Source of the DNA: Heterodontus francisci | Lineage: Eukaryota | Assembly (NCBI RefSeq): GCF_036365525.1 | Contig: NC_090399.1 | Location: 46,346,430 to 46,410,429, forward strand | Direction of reading: 5' to 3' | Length of the DNA: 64,000 nucleotides | Shown: positions 37,548 through 49,344 of the stretch, one piece after another | Numbering within the stretch: position 1 is the stretch's first letter | Layout: every line of letters begins with the position of its first letter | Position numbers and translations under genes: made by a program | The notes under the pieces: model-generated | Databases searched by the model: none | The model's input: the letters and a program-made list of their open reading frames with translations, nothing else | Told to the model about the DNA's origin: nothing

Positions 37548-40500
37548 TTACACTGTGGTCTTTCCCCATTGAGCCTTTGCTGCGGCTGCCCCAAGCTTTA
37601 CTGCGTCCCTCAGCACGTAGTCCTGGACCTTGGAATGTGCCAGTCTGCAACATTTGGTGGTGGACAACTCTTTGCGCTGGAAGACCAGCAGGTTTCGGGC
37701 AGACCAAAGGGCGTCTTTCACCGAATTGATAGTCCTCCAGCAGCAGTTGATGTTTGTCTCGGTGTGCATCCCTGGGAACAGCCCGTGGAGCACAGACTCC
37801 TGTGTTACAGAGCTGCTTGGGATGAACTTCGACAAAAACCACTGCATCTCTTTCCACACCTGCTTTGCAAAGACACATTCCAGAAGGAGGTGGGCAACTG
37901 TCTCTTCCCCACCACAGCCACCTCGGGGGCATTGGGCAGAGGGGGGCGAGACTTCGGGTGTGCATGAACGATCTGACGGGGAGGACTCTTACCACCAGCC
38001 AAGCTACATCTTGGTGCTTGTTTGAAAGTTCTGGTGATGAGGCATTCCGCCAAATGACTTTGGCGATCTGCTCGGGGAACCATCCGACAGGATCCCCCGT
38101 CTCCTTTTCCCGTAGGGCCTTGAGGACATTCCGTGCAGACCACTGCCTGATGGATTGGTGGTCGAAGGTGTTTTCCTGCAGAAACTGCTCCATGAAGGAT
38201 AGGTGGTATGGCACGGTCCAACTGCATGGAGTGTTCCACGGCAATGTGACCAGGCCCATCCTTCACAACACTGGGGACAGATAGAACCTCAGCACGTAGA
38301 GACACTTGGAGTTTGCGTACTGGAGGTCTACACACAGCTTGATGCAGCCGCATACGAAGGTGGTCATCAGGATGAGGGCCACGTTGGGTACATTTTTCCC
38401 GCCCTTGTCCAGAGATTTGAACATCGTGTCCCTCCGGACCTGGTCCATTTTAGATCCCCAGATGAAGCAGAAAATGGCTCGGGTGACCGCCACAGCACGG
38501 GAGTGGGGTATGGGCCAGACCTGCGCCACGTACAGCAACAACGTGAGCGCCTCGCACCTGATGACCAGGTTCTTACCCACAATTGAGAGAGATCGCTGCC
38601 CCCACATGCCCAAATTTTGTCGTACCTTGGCTACTAACTCCTCCAAGGTTTTGGTGCATGCCCTGGCCCTTCCGAACCATATCCCCAGCACCTTCAGGTA
38701 ATCTGACCTGACGGTGAAGGGGACAAAGGATCGGTCAGCCCAGTTCCCAAAGAACATGGCCTCGCTCTTGCCGTGGTTAACTTTGGCTCCCGAGGCCAGT
38801 TTGAACTGGTCGCAGATGCTCATCAGTCTGCGCACAGACAGCGGATCCGAGCAGAAGACGGCGACGTCATCCATGTACAGGGAGGTTTTAACCTGAGTGC
38901 CTCCGCTGCCTGAGATTGTCACCCCTCTTATGCTCGCATCCTTCCTAATAGACTCAGCAAAGGGTTCAATACAGCAAACAAACAAGACCGGGGAAAGAGG
39001 ACAGCCCTGTCTGACTCCAGATTGGATCGGGAAACTTTCTGATTCCCACCCATTGATTGAGACTGCGCTACTGATGTTTGTGTAGAGCAGTTTGATCCAA
39101 TTGCAGATTCCCACCCCAAACCCCATTTTGGAAAGCACGTCCATCATGTAGGTGTGCGATATCCTGTTAAAAGCCTTCTCCTAGTCCAGGCTGATGAGGC
39201 AGGTGTCCACCCTCCTGTCCAGTACGTAGGCGATCGTATCCCTGAGTAGCGCGGGACTATCAGAGATCTTCCTGCCGGGTACAGTACAGGTCTGATCAGG
39301 GTGGATCACCAACTCCAGAACAGACTTGACTCGACTGGCTATGACTTTGGACAGAATCTTGTAGTCAACATTAAGCAGTGAGATGGGCCGCCAATTTTTG
39401 ATTTCTGCCCTCTCCCCCTTCCGCTTGTAAATGAGGGTGACGATGCCTTTCCTCATGGATTCTGACATGCAGCCGGTCAGGAGCATACTCTCGTATACTT
39501 CCAGCAGGTCCGGGCCGACCCAGTCCCACAGGGCCGAGTACAACTCGACCGGTAAGCCGTCGCTTCCGGGAGTTTTACTCATCTCGAAGGACTCGACGGC
39601 CTTTGTCAGCTCGTTCAGAGTTAGCGGCTTGTCCAGTCTCTCCCTCCTGCTGTCATCTAAGACCTCTGTGATAGATGACAGGAAGGACTGGGAGGCTCTG
39701 CTGTCTGTGGGCTTCGCGTCATACAGCCCAGCATAAAAGGATTTGCTGATCCTTAGTATGTCGGACTGCGAAGACGTTACCGAGCCATCTTCTTCCTTCA
39801 GGCTGCTGATAACAGAGCTCTCTCTGTGTACCTTTTGGAAGAAGTAACGTGAGCACGGCTCATCCTGCTCGATGGAGCGGACTCTGGACCGGAATATGAT
39901 CTTGGAGGCCTCCTTGGCAAAGAGCGAGGCCTGCTGGCTCTTCACCTCTTGGAGGTCCTCCTTGACCTCGACCCCCATTGACTGCAACCGGAGCAGATTT
40001 TGCACACTTTTCTGGAGTCGGGACATTTCCCTCTGTCTCTCTCTCACCCTCTGAACACCTTTGTGGATGAAGAACCTCTTGATGTTCTCCTTGATCGCTT
40101 CCCACCAGTGAACTGGAGACTCAAAGAGGGGTTTCACGGTCCTCCAACCTTTGTAATCCCTTTTGAGTTCCTCAACGTTCTCTGGGGTCAGCAGTGTAGC
40201 ATTGAGCTTCCACGTCCCTCTGCCAACCCGCTGGTCGTCCTGTAAGTGACAGTCGGCCAGTAAGAGGCAGTGGTCGGAGAAGAACACCGGCTTGACGTTG
40301 GTGGATCCGACCGTGACGGGACAGGACACAAACAGGAAGTCAATCCTGGAACGGGCAGACCCGTCCGATCTTGACCATGTGTATCTGCGCTGCGCTCCGT
40401 CTGCAGGTTTGCTGAAGACGTCGTGCAGTTTGGCATCTTTAACTGTTTCTATTAGAAATCTGGACGTAGCGTCCAGTTTGCTGTCGTCACTGCCGGATCG

Positions 40501-40953
40501 TCCAGCCGCATCGATGATGCAGTTGAAGTCACCGCCTAGGATGACCGGCCTGGACGTCGCCAGCAGCAGTGGGAGCTGCTGGAAGACGGTCAGCCGCTCG
40601 CTGCGTTGTACCGGGGCGTACACGTTGATCAACCGGAGCGGAGCGTTGTTGTACATCACGTCTGCTACGAGGAGGCGACCGCCCACCACCTCCTTAACTT
40701 CGGAGATGGTGAAGTTACCTCCCCGCAGCAGAATACCCAGGCCGGAGGAACGACAATCATTACCCCCCGACCAGATCGATGGCCCGTGGGACCACCATCG
40801 CGACCACTGCCTGTAGGTGCTGAGGTGTGGTATTCCACACTCCTGCAGAAACAGTAGGTCGGCTTTGACCTTGGCGAGGTAATCTAAGGTTGAAACACGT
40901 CACGTAGTAGATTTAATACTATGCACATTAATGGAAGCAATTCTTACAGTCAT
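37548..40953 (-). pseudogene. Tx1 ORF2 (APE-RT-zinc finger), few stops and frameshifts
   Basis: ATG at 40953 (MTVRIASINV), GGDFNC, FFSDH, NWRPISLLNVDYKI, GVRQGCPLSP, YMDD; in-frame stop at 39181. Confidence 0.9.
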
Positions 40954-40963
40954 TTTTTTATAG

Positions 40964-42190
40964 TTAGTTGTTGCTTCCCATACCATTTGTCCTTGCTAGT
41001 CCCAGTCCTTCGGGATGTTCCTGCATACCCATTGTGTGAGCAAGCAGTTTCACGTTGGTTGGGCTCAGAAACCCCTCCTGGTTTTTCATGCAGGGTTTGT
41101 TCTGCTGGGGTGACATCGGGGGGATCTTGTAGGCAGCAAAGATTGAGTTGTCCTCTACTGCTTCCCTCTGTTCCTCCTCGAAAACATCACTGCTCCCAGC
41201 TTCCCGGAGCTGAGGTACGCCAGACGTGTCTTTGCTCTCGGTGTCCCGGAGCTGGGATGCGTTGGCCACGTCATTGCGTGTGGCACTTTGGGGTTGGGGC
41301 ACGCCAGGCCCATCACAGTTTCCACTGCCCGGGGGCTGGGATGCTTCATCTTCCATTTCCTTTGAGTTCTGCCGCCTTTTTTGAAGGGGCTGTCGTTCCA
41401 GCATTCCCCCGTCCAGTGAAGAGGAGTTGTTGCAGTCTGATTCAGAAGATAGCCTCCTCTTGCCACTGGTTTGGGTGGTGGCCTGTTCCGCTTTTGGATG
41501 TTTTTACTTTGTGATTTTCCTCTGGACCACTTGCCGCTGACCTGTTTGTCCATCTGCTGCCTCCTCCTCCATTGATTCTGTCTGTGGAGGAGGGGTTTCC
41601 GGGTGCAAGGTAGGTGCTGGGTCGCTGGTTTCAGCTGCCTCCCCTTCCTTCTCCTTCTCAGGTTGAAGTTCCTCATTGCGGGGAAGGTTGCTGGTCTCCT
41701 TTCGAACACCGGACGCCTTCGTCGAACCTTCTCCCGGCCTTTCCTTGGACCTTGCCGCCTGAGCATAACTGAGGCAGCGTTTGGGGCAGGTTTTGTAGAG
41801 GTGGCCTGCCGCACCGCACAAGTTGCAACACTTAGTCTGCTTACAGTCCTTGGTCTGATGGCCTTCCTCCTTGCAGTTCTTGCAAACAACTGTGCTGCAG
41901 TTGGCTGCCACGTGGCCAAATTTGCCACAGGTGTGGCAAACTCTGGGCTGCCCAGCGTAGACCAAGAAGCCTCGACTTCCCTCGATAGCGAAGCTGGAGG
42001 GAGGGTGGATGATGGCTCCACTGGCATCAACCTTCAAGGTCACCTTGACCTGCCGCTTGCTGGTCCAAATCCTAAAGGGGTCCTTGACATCAGTGCTGCT
42101 GCCGGCCACCTCGACGTACCTGGCGAGAAAGGTGAGTACATCCACCACCGGAACATGGAGGTTGTAGAGGTGAATCGTCACCACCCGGTC
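40964..42190 (-). pseudogene. Tx1 ORF1 (ZCCHC3-like, triple zinc knuckle), truncated and frameshifted
   Basis: YAGQPRVCHTCGKFGHVAANC, CKNCKEEGHQTKDC, CNLCGAAGHLYKTC. Confidence 0.85.
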
Positions 42191-42328
42191 CCAGAGATAG
42201 GGGACAGAGTAATAGTAAAGGCCGTGCCATCGAAACCAAGACTGGCGCCCTGCTGGACGGGACACTACACGGTCCTAATGACCAGCGACACCTCTGTGTA
42301 TTTGGATATGCCAGGGGCAGGGGAGTAG
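42185..42328 (+). pseudogene. pol: ERV integrase C-terminal (GPY/F-like) domain
   Basis: GDRVIVK..LAPCWTGHYTVLMTSDTSV, ending at a stop. Confidence 0.8.
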
Positions 42329-42412
42329 ATGGAAACACTGGTCTCAGGTTAAGTTTACGACTCACAGTCTGTTTCTGCCAACAGGAGGGCCAGCAGCAGA
42401 TCTCGTAATTAT

Positions 42413-43004
42413 TTTGTTTCAGGTAAACCACTGGAACAATGGCAGCCTGGTGGACAACGGCATCAGTGATCTCCCTCCCGACAACTGCGGCAGCATGGGA
42501 GGCACCCACTGTGGGAGCCATACTTGTGTGCATCCCGGGCAGTATGTTCAGCTCCCAAAAGGGGGAAAGGGAGAATGGAAAAGAATCCGGGACGGATGGG
42601 GGTCATGCACGAATAAGCGACGTGTTGACAGAATCTGACAAAACCAAGGGACTGACAATAAATGAATCCTGAGCCCATGCCAAAACTGGGATTGTCCTAA
42701 CGATTAACTAACCTGGGATGCTCACAAGGCCTGCCAGACCGCTGTAAAAAATCTACCCCACATGGGCGGTCTTTACCCTGCAGGGGACGACTACATGCAG
42801 GCTCTTGAGAAGGATTTGGGATCATACACTTACCTAAAGGCTCGCAATGATACGACGGGAGAGCTGACTGTAATGACAGCATATGGGACGGATACTGGGG
42901 TGGGAGAATGGGAATTCGCCTGTACACGAGCACAAACCTTGACTCTGAGTCACAGGGAGAGTTTGTGTACAATAAGTAAAGATGCCAAAGGTAGCTGGAT
43001 TTGA
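42413..43004 (+). pseudogene. Degenerate ORF at the env position of the ERV (spliced, signal-peptide-like start)
   Basis: Acceptor TTTTGTTTCAG just upstream of ATG 42439; MAAWWTTASVISLPTTAAAW; a Cys/Trp-containing frame continues to 43004 with stops. Confidence 0.45.
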
Positions 43005-43423
43005 GCTTAACTTGACCATTTTCACACAGTGTCTTCTGTAATAACATAACAAGGTCAAAGTAATCCATCTTAATACTAACACGTGACCAAAGAAGCCATT
43101 TTTGTGTCTTGTATCAGCAACTGTATTAATAAAATTCATTTATTAAGTAGTAACCCGTCAAGAAACAGTGATGACAAAGCAAAGGACCTTGACTGAGTTG
43201 TTTTCAATGAATTAAGAATCACGCTGGAAAGAATGAGCTTTAATTTAAAAGTATTAAGTTTAAACTAAGTCTTAAGCTTGTAAGAAATTCAATATCAACA
43301 GGACCTTAAGTTACTGTGACACAAACACAGCAGAAAAACTACTGTGACCCTGATAACATTCTTAACTTTTCTAAAAGAGAAGCAATTTCTGTACAAATTT
43401 ATACTGTCCAAGGAGATAACAAT

Positions 43424-45643
43424 TGTAATGTATCGAACTCTTCATAGGTTTTTATCTCAATTATTGGCAAAATGTTTTATCGATTATGGCCCAATTAGAA
43501 TAGAGTAGTAACTGACATCACATACATGGACCAACCATTGGGCAAGCTACAAGTTGTTCTGATGGCCAGAAAGGACAGCTATTGAACATGAGAAGCAGCG
43601 TGAAAAATCCAGAGGAAGAAAGGAGAGAATCTTCTGTTAACAGAACACAGCAAGGGAAAGAAAGTTCACGCCAAAGTCACTCGGAGGTCTACTGCCAAAG
43701 TTCTGAGGAACAGACCGTGACCATTGTCTTTTTTAAGCATTACTTCTTTGCACTGAATATAAATGACTTAATAAATCTGCTAAGTTATAACCAACATATA
43801 CCTGTACCCGTCGTGTTTTGGTGCAGTCAAGGACAAGTCACCCTGGTTGGATTAAGTTGATTCCTGAAAATAGCAGGAAAGCTCTGGGAGTCGGGACTTG
43901 AGGGACAATATTGTCAAGAATTGGGTACCAGATAGGATGTATTGATGTATGATGCTTTAATCTTACAACATGTGGTTATCGGAGGCCAGTGCGATGTCCA
44001 GTTATTAAGTTCCTTCCCGAGGACGGCATGATGTTACGATGATCATATTAGAAGTGACCGATACTTTGATAAGGTCCCGTTTGGGAGATTGGTCAAGAAT
44101 GTAAGAGCCCATGCGATCTAGGGCAATTTGGCAAATTGGATTCAAAGTTGGCTTAGTGGCAGGAGGCAGAGGGTGATGGTCGAGGGTTGTTTTTGTGATT
44201 GGAAGCCTGTGACCAGTGGTGTACTGCAGGGATCGGTGCTGGGATCCTTGCTGTTTGTAGTGTACATTAATGGATTTCGACGTAAATATAGGAGGTATGA
44301 TCAGTAAGTTCGCAGATGACATGAAAATTGGTGGTGTCGTAAATAGTGAGGAGGAAATCCTTAGATGACAGGGAGATATACATGAGCTGGTAAGATGGAC
44401 AGAGCAGTGGCAAATGGAATTTAATCCTGAGAAGTGTGAGGTGATGCATTTTGGGAAGACTAACAAGGCAAGGGAATATACAGTGGATGGTAGGACCCTA
44501 GGAAGTACAGAGAGTCAGAGGTACCTATGGTGTACTTGTTCATGGATCACTGAAGGTAGAAGCACAGGTAGATAAGGTGGTTAGGAAGGCATATGGGATA
44601 CTTGCCTTTATTAGCCAAGGCATAGAATATAAGAGCAAGGGGGTTATGATGGAGCTGAATAAACGCTAGTTAGGCCACAGCTGGAGTACTGTGTACAGTT
44701 CTGGGCACCACACTATAGGAATGATGTGATTGCACTGGAGAAGGTGCAGAGGTGCCCAGGATGTCGCCTGGGCTGGAGCATTTTAGCTATGAAGAGAGAC
44801 TGGATAGGTGAGGCTCGGGTTGTTTTCCTTGGAGCAGAGAAGGCTGAGGGGAGACTCTATAGAAGCATACAAAACTTTGAGGGACATCGCTAGGGTAGAT
44901 AGGAAGAAACTTTTTCCCTTAGTGGAGGTGTCAATAACTAGGGGGCATAGATTTAAGGTAAGGGGTAAGAGATTTAGAGGGGATTTGAGGAAAATTCCTT
45001 TCACCCAAAGAGTGGTTGGAATCTGGAACGCACTGCCTGAAGGGGCTGTAGAGGCAGGAACCCTCACAACATTTAAGAAGTATCTAGATGAGCACTTGAA
45101 ACGCCATAGCATACAAGGCTATGGGCCAAGTGCTGGAAAATGGGATTAGAAATGGTGCTTGATGGCCGGCACAGACACAGTGGGCCGAAGAGCCTATTTC
45201 GGTGCTGTTATCACTCTATGACTCTAACTCTATGATCGACAAAGCTGTAAGAGAATTTCAAATTATTAAGGGTTTGATGCCCACAGGGGTCCAGTAGGAT
45301 CCCTGGACGACCCTGTTGGCCAAGAATTCTACCAGGAGGTTGTGCCCACCTGGATCAGACACAATCAGTCCAACGGCCAATGGGAGGGACTGATGTGAAA
45401 AGTGAAGGGTGACCAGAGTTCATACTGTTTAAGTTGTTTTTTCTCCCTCACGGGCTCTGGGTCTGCTTATCTGCGATGATTCAAAGGGACACTTTCCGAT
45501 AAGATGCTGTATGAATAGCCCTGCTGTAAATGCTGATTTTTGAGACACTTCAGTCGTTGAAGGCTTTCTCCTGCATGCTTGTAATAAAGAATTTCCAATT
45601 TCGGCACACTCCTCACTACTAGGTGTGTTTTTTCCCCACAACA
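43424..45643 (+). repeat. Probable 3' LTR region of the ERV, interrupted by CR1; exact start uncertain
   Basis: TGTAATG after a purine-rich tract at 43424 (alternative TGTCAAG at 43912); AATAAA at ~45583; ends CACAACA at 45643, abutting host LINE sequence. Confidence 0.45.
44065..45236 (+). mobile_element. CR1 3' fragment
   Basis: FDKVP, QGSVLG, FADD, RRLRGD, TRGHRFK, tail with (CTCTATGA)-like repeats. Confidence 0.9.
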
Positions 45644-45757
45644 CCTTCCATCCCTTTGCTGATGAGTGAGAGTAGACTGATAGGGTGGTAATTGGCTGGA
45701 TTGGATTGTCCCACTTTTTGTGGACCGAGCATACCTGGGCATATTTCCACACTGTTG
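45644..45757 (-). mobile_element. Fragment of the LINE family also seen at 8446-9565 (resumes at 49234-49342)
   Basis: WKYAQVCSVHKK..NPANY..ISLLS motif; continuous across the CR1 insertion. Confidence 0.65.
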
Positions 45758-46292
45758 CTCAGAAGGGAAAGGGGAAGAGGAGCAGAGCATTAGTCATTGG
45801 GGACTCCATAGTTAGGGGAACAGATAGGAGGTTCTGTGGGAACGAGAGAGACTCACGGTTGGTGTGTTGCCTCCCAGGTGCCGGGTACGTGATGTCTCTG
45901 ATCGTGTTTTTGGGATCCTTAAGGGGGAGGGGGAGCACCCCCAAGTCGTGGTCCACATAGGCACCAACGACATAGGTAGGAAGAGAGATGGGGATTTAAG
46001 GCAGAAATTCAGGGAGCTAGGGTGGAAGCTTAGAGCGAGAACAACCAGAGTTGTTATCTCTGGGTTGTTGCCCGTGCCACGTGCTAGCGAAGAGAGGAAT
46101 AGGGAGAGAGAGGAGTTGAACACGTGGCTGCAGGGATGGTGTAGGAGGGAGGGTTTTGGTTTCCTGGATAATTGGGGCTCTTTCTGGGGTAGGTGGGACC
46201 TCTACAAACAGGATGGTCTTCACCTGAACCAGACGGGTACCAATATCCTGGGGGGGAGATTTGTTAGTGCTCTTCGGGGGAGTTTAAACTAA
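45758..46292 (+). pseudogene. CR1 ORF1 SGNH/GDSL esterase domain (one frameshift)
   Basis: VIGDSIVRG, CCLPGA, HIGTND, DGLHLN. Confidence 0.9.
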
Positions 46293-46409
46293 ATCAGCAG
46301 GGGAATGGGAACCTAAATTGTAGTTCCAGTGTACAGGCTGTTGAGAGTAGTGAGGTAGGGGATAAGGTTACAGGGAAGCAAGAGGGCACTGGCAAGCAAG
46401 AACTTGGTT

Positions 46410-49172
46410 TAAAGTGTGTCTACTTCAACGCCAGGAGCATCCAGAATAAGGTGGGTGAGCTTGCAGCATGGGTTGGTACCTGGGATCCTGATGTTGTGGC
46501 CATTTCAGAGACATGGGTCGAGCAGGGGCAGGAATGGATGTTGCAGGTTCCGGGATTTAGATGTTTCAGTAAGAACAGAGAAGAGGGTAAAAGAGGGGGG
46601 GTGTGGCATTGTTAATCAAGGAAAGTATTACAGCGGCAGAAAGGACGTTTGAGGACTCGTCTACTGAGGTAGTATGGGCCGAGGTTAGAAACAGGAGAGG
46701 AGAGGTCACCCTGTTGGGAGTTTTCTATAGACCTCCGAATAGTTCCAGAGATGTAGAGGAAAGGATAGCGAAGATGATTCTCGACAGGAGCGAGAGTAAC
46801 AGGGTAGTGGTTATGGGGGACTTTAACTTTCCAAATATTGACTGGAAATACTATAGTTCGAGTACTTTAGATGGGTCTGTTTTTGTCCAGTGTGTGCAGG
46901 AGGGTTTTCTGACACAGTATGTGGACAGGCCAACCAGGGGCGATGCCACATTGGATTTGGTACTGGGTAATGAACCCGGCCAGGTGTTCGATTTAGATGT
47001 CGGTGAGCACTTTGGTGATAGTGATCACAATTTGGTTCGGTTTACCTTAGCGATGGGCAGGGACAGGTATATACTGCAGGGCAAGAATTATAGCTGGGGG
47101 AAAGGAAATTATGATGCGATTAGGCAAGATTTAGGATGTGTAGGATGGGGAAGGAAACTGCAGGGGATGGGCACAAACGAAATGTGGAGCTTATTCAAGG
47201 AGCAGCTAATGCGTGTCCTTGATAAGTATGTACCTGTCAGGCAGGGAGGAAGTTGTCGAGCGAGGGAGCCGTGGTTTACTCAAGAAGTTGAAGCGCTTGT
47301 CAAGAGGAAGAGGGCGGCTTATGTTAGGATGAGACGTGAAGGCTCAGTTAGGGCGCTTGAGAGTTACAAGCTAGCCAGGAAGGATCTAAAGGGAGGGCTA
47401 AGAAGAGCAAGGAGAGGACACGAGAAGTCATTGGCGGATAGGATCAAAGAAAACCCTAAGGCTTTCTTTAGGTATATCAGGAATAAAAGAATGATAAGAG
47501 TTAGAACAGGGCCAATCAAGGATAGTAGTGGGAAGTTGTGTGCGGAATCAGAGGAGATAGGGGAAGCGTTAAATGAATATTTTTCGTCAGTATTTACAGT
47601 AGAGAAAGAAAATGTTGCCGAGGAGATTACTGAGGTACAGCCTACTAGGCTAGATGGGATTGAGATTCACAAGGAGGAGGTGTTAGCAATTTTGGAAAGA
47701 GTGAAAATAGATAAGTCCCCTGGGCCAGATGGGATTTATCCTAGGATTCTCTGGGAAGCCAGGGAGGAGATTGCAGAGCCGTTGTTGTTGATCTTTATGT
47801 CGTCATTGTCGACAGGAGTAGTGCCGGAGGACTGGAGGATAGCAAATGTTGTCCCCTTGTTCAAGAAGGGGAGTAGAGACAGCCCTGGTAATTATAGACC
47901 TGTGAGCCTTACTTCGGTTGTGGGTAAAATGTTGGAAAGGGTTATAAGAGATAGGATTTATAATCATCTTGAAAAGAATAAGTTCATTTGCGATCGTCAG
48001 CACGGTTTTGTGAAGGGTAGGTCGTGCCTCACAAACCTTATTGAGTTTTTCAAGAAGGTGACCAAACAGGTGGATGAGGGTAAAGCCGTGGATGTGGTGT
48101 ATATGGATTTCAGTAAGGCGTTTGATAAGGTTCCCCACGGTAGGCTATTGCAGAAAATACGGAAGTATGGGGTTGAAGGTGATTTAGAGCTTTGGATCAG
48201 AAATTGGCTAGCTGAAAGAAGACAGAGGGTGGTGGTTGATGGCAAATGTTCATCCTGGAGTTTAGTTACTAGTGGTGTACCGCAAGGTTCTGTTTTGGGG
48301 CCACTGCTGTTTGTCATTTTTATAAATGACCTGGATGAGGGTGCAGAAGGGTGGGTTAGTAAATTTGCGGATGACACGAAGGTCGGTGGACTTGTGGATA
48401 GTGTCGAAGGGTGTTGTAGGGTACAGAGGGACATAGATAGGCTGCAGAGCTGGGCTGAGAGATGGCAAATGGAGTTTAATGCGGAGAAGTGTGAGGTGAT
48501 TCACTTTGGAAGGAGTAACAGCAATGCAGAGTACTGGGCTAATGGGAAGATTCTTGGTAGTGTAGATGAGCAGAGAGATCTTGGTGTCCAGGTACATAAA
48601 TCCCTGAAAGTTGCTACCCAGGTTAATAGGGCTGTTAAGAAGGCATATGGTGTGTTAGCTTTTATTAGTAGGGGGATCGAGTTTGGAGCCACGAGGTCAT
48701 GATGCAACTGTACAAAACTCTGGTGAGGCCGCACCTTGAGTATTGCGTGCAGTTCTGGTCACCGCATTATAGGAAGGATGTGGAAGCTTTGGAAAGGGTG
48801 CAGAGGAGATTTACTAGGATGTTGCCTGGTATGGAAGGAAGGTCTTACGAGGAAAGGCTGAGGGACTTGGGGTTGTTTTCGTTAGAGAGAAGGAGGAGGA
48901 GAGGTGACTTAATAGAGACATACAAGATAATCAGAGGGTTAGATAGGGTGGATAGTGAGAGACTTTTTCCTCGGATGATGATGGCAAACACGAGGGGACA
49001 TAGCTTTAAGTTGAGGGGTGAAAGATATAGGACAGATGTCAGAGGTAGTTTCTTTACGCAGAGAGTAGTAGGGGCGTGGAACGCCCTGCCTGCAACAGTA
49101 GTAGACTCGCCAACTTTAAGGGCATTTAAGTGGTCATTGGATAGACATATGGATGAAAATGGAATAGTGTAG
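46410..49172 (+). pseudogene. CR1 ORF2 endonuclease-reverse transcriptase; 699-aa open stretch, frameshifts at ~46595 and ~48685
   Basis: YFNARSI, YRPP, MGDFN, SDHN, NYRPVSLTS, DFSKAFDKVPH, GVPQGSVLGP, FADD. Confidence 0.95.
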
Positions 49173-49344
49173 GTCAGATGCTCGGCGCAACATCGAGGGC
49201 CGAAGGGCCTGTACTGCGCTGTAATGTTCTAATTGTTGGGTAGATACCAGTGTTGCAGTTGTACTGGAACAGCTTGACTAAGGCTGCAGCTGGTTCCAGA
49301 GCACAGGTCTTCAGCCAGGATGTTGTCAGGGCCCATAGCCTTTT

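Larger units (their letters stand above)
37284..42190 (-). mobile_element. Tx1-clade LINE, 5'-truncated in ORF1, inserted in the ERV integrase
   Basis: Poly(A) at ~37285-37293 preceded by AATAAA; ORF2 with APE and RT; ORF1 with three CCHC knuckles; ERV IN reads through the junction (ELKLP|VPEIGDRV). Confidence 0.92.
45758..49233 (+). mobile_element. Young CR1 LINE, 5'-truncated in ORF1, TSD TGTTG
   Basis: TGTTG at 45753-45757 and 49234-49238; esterase ORF1 remnant and near-intact ORF2. Confidence 0.95.

Noticed and set aside
43968-43995. Primer-binding site after TTACA, implying a tandem provirus
   Set aside because: Poor match to any tRNA 3' end I can identify; LTR-like sequence continues to 45643
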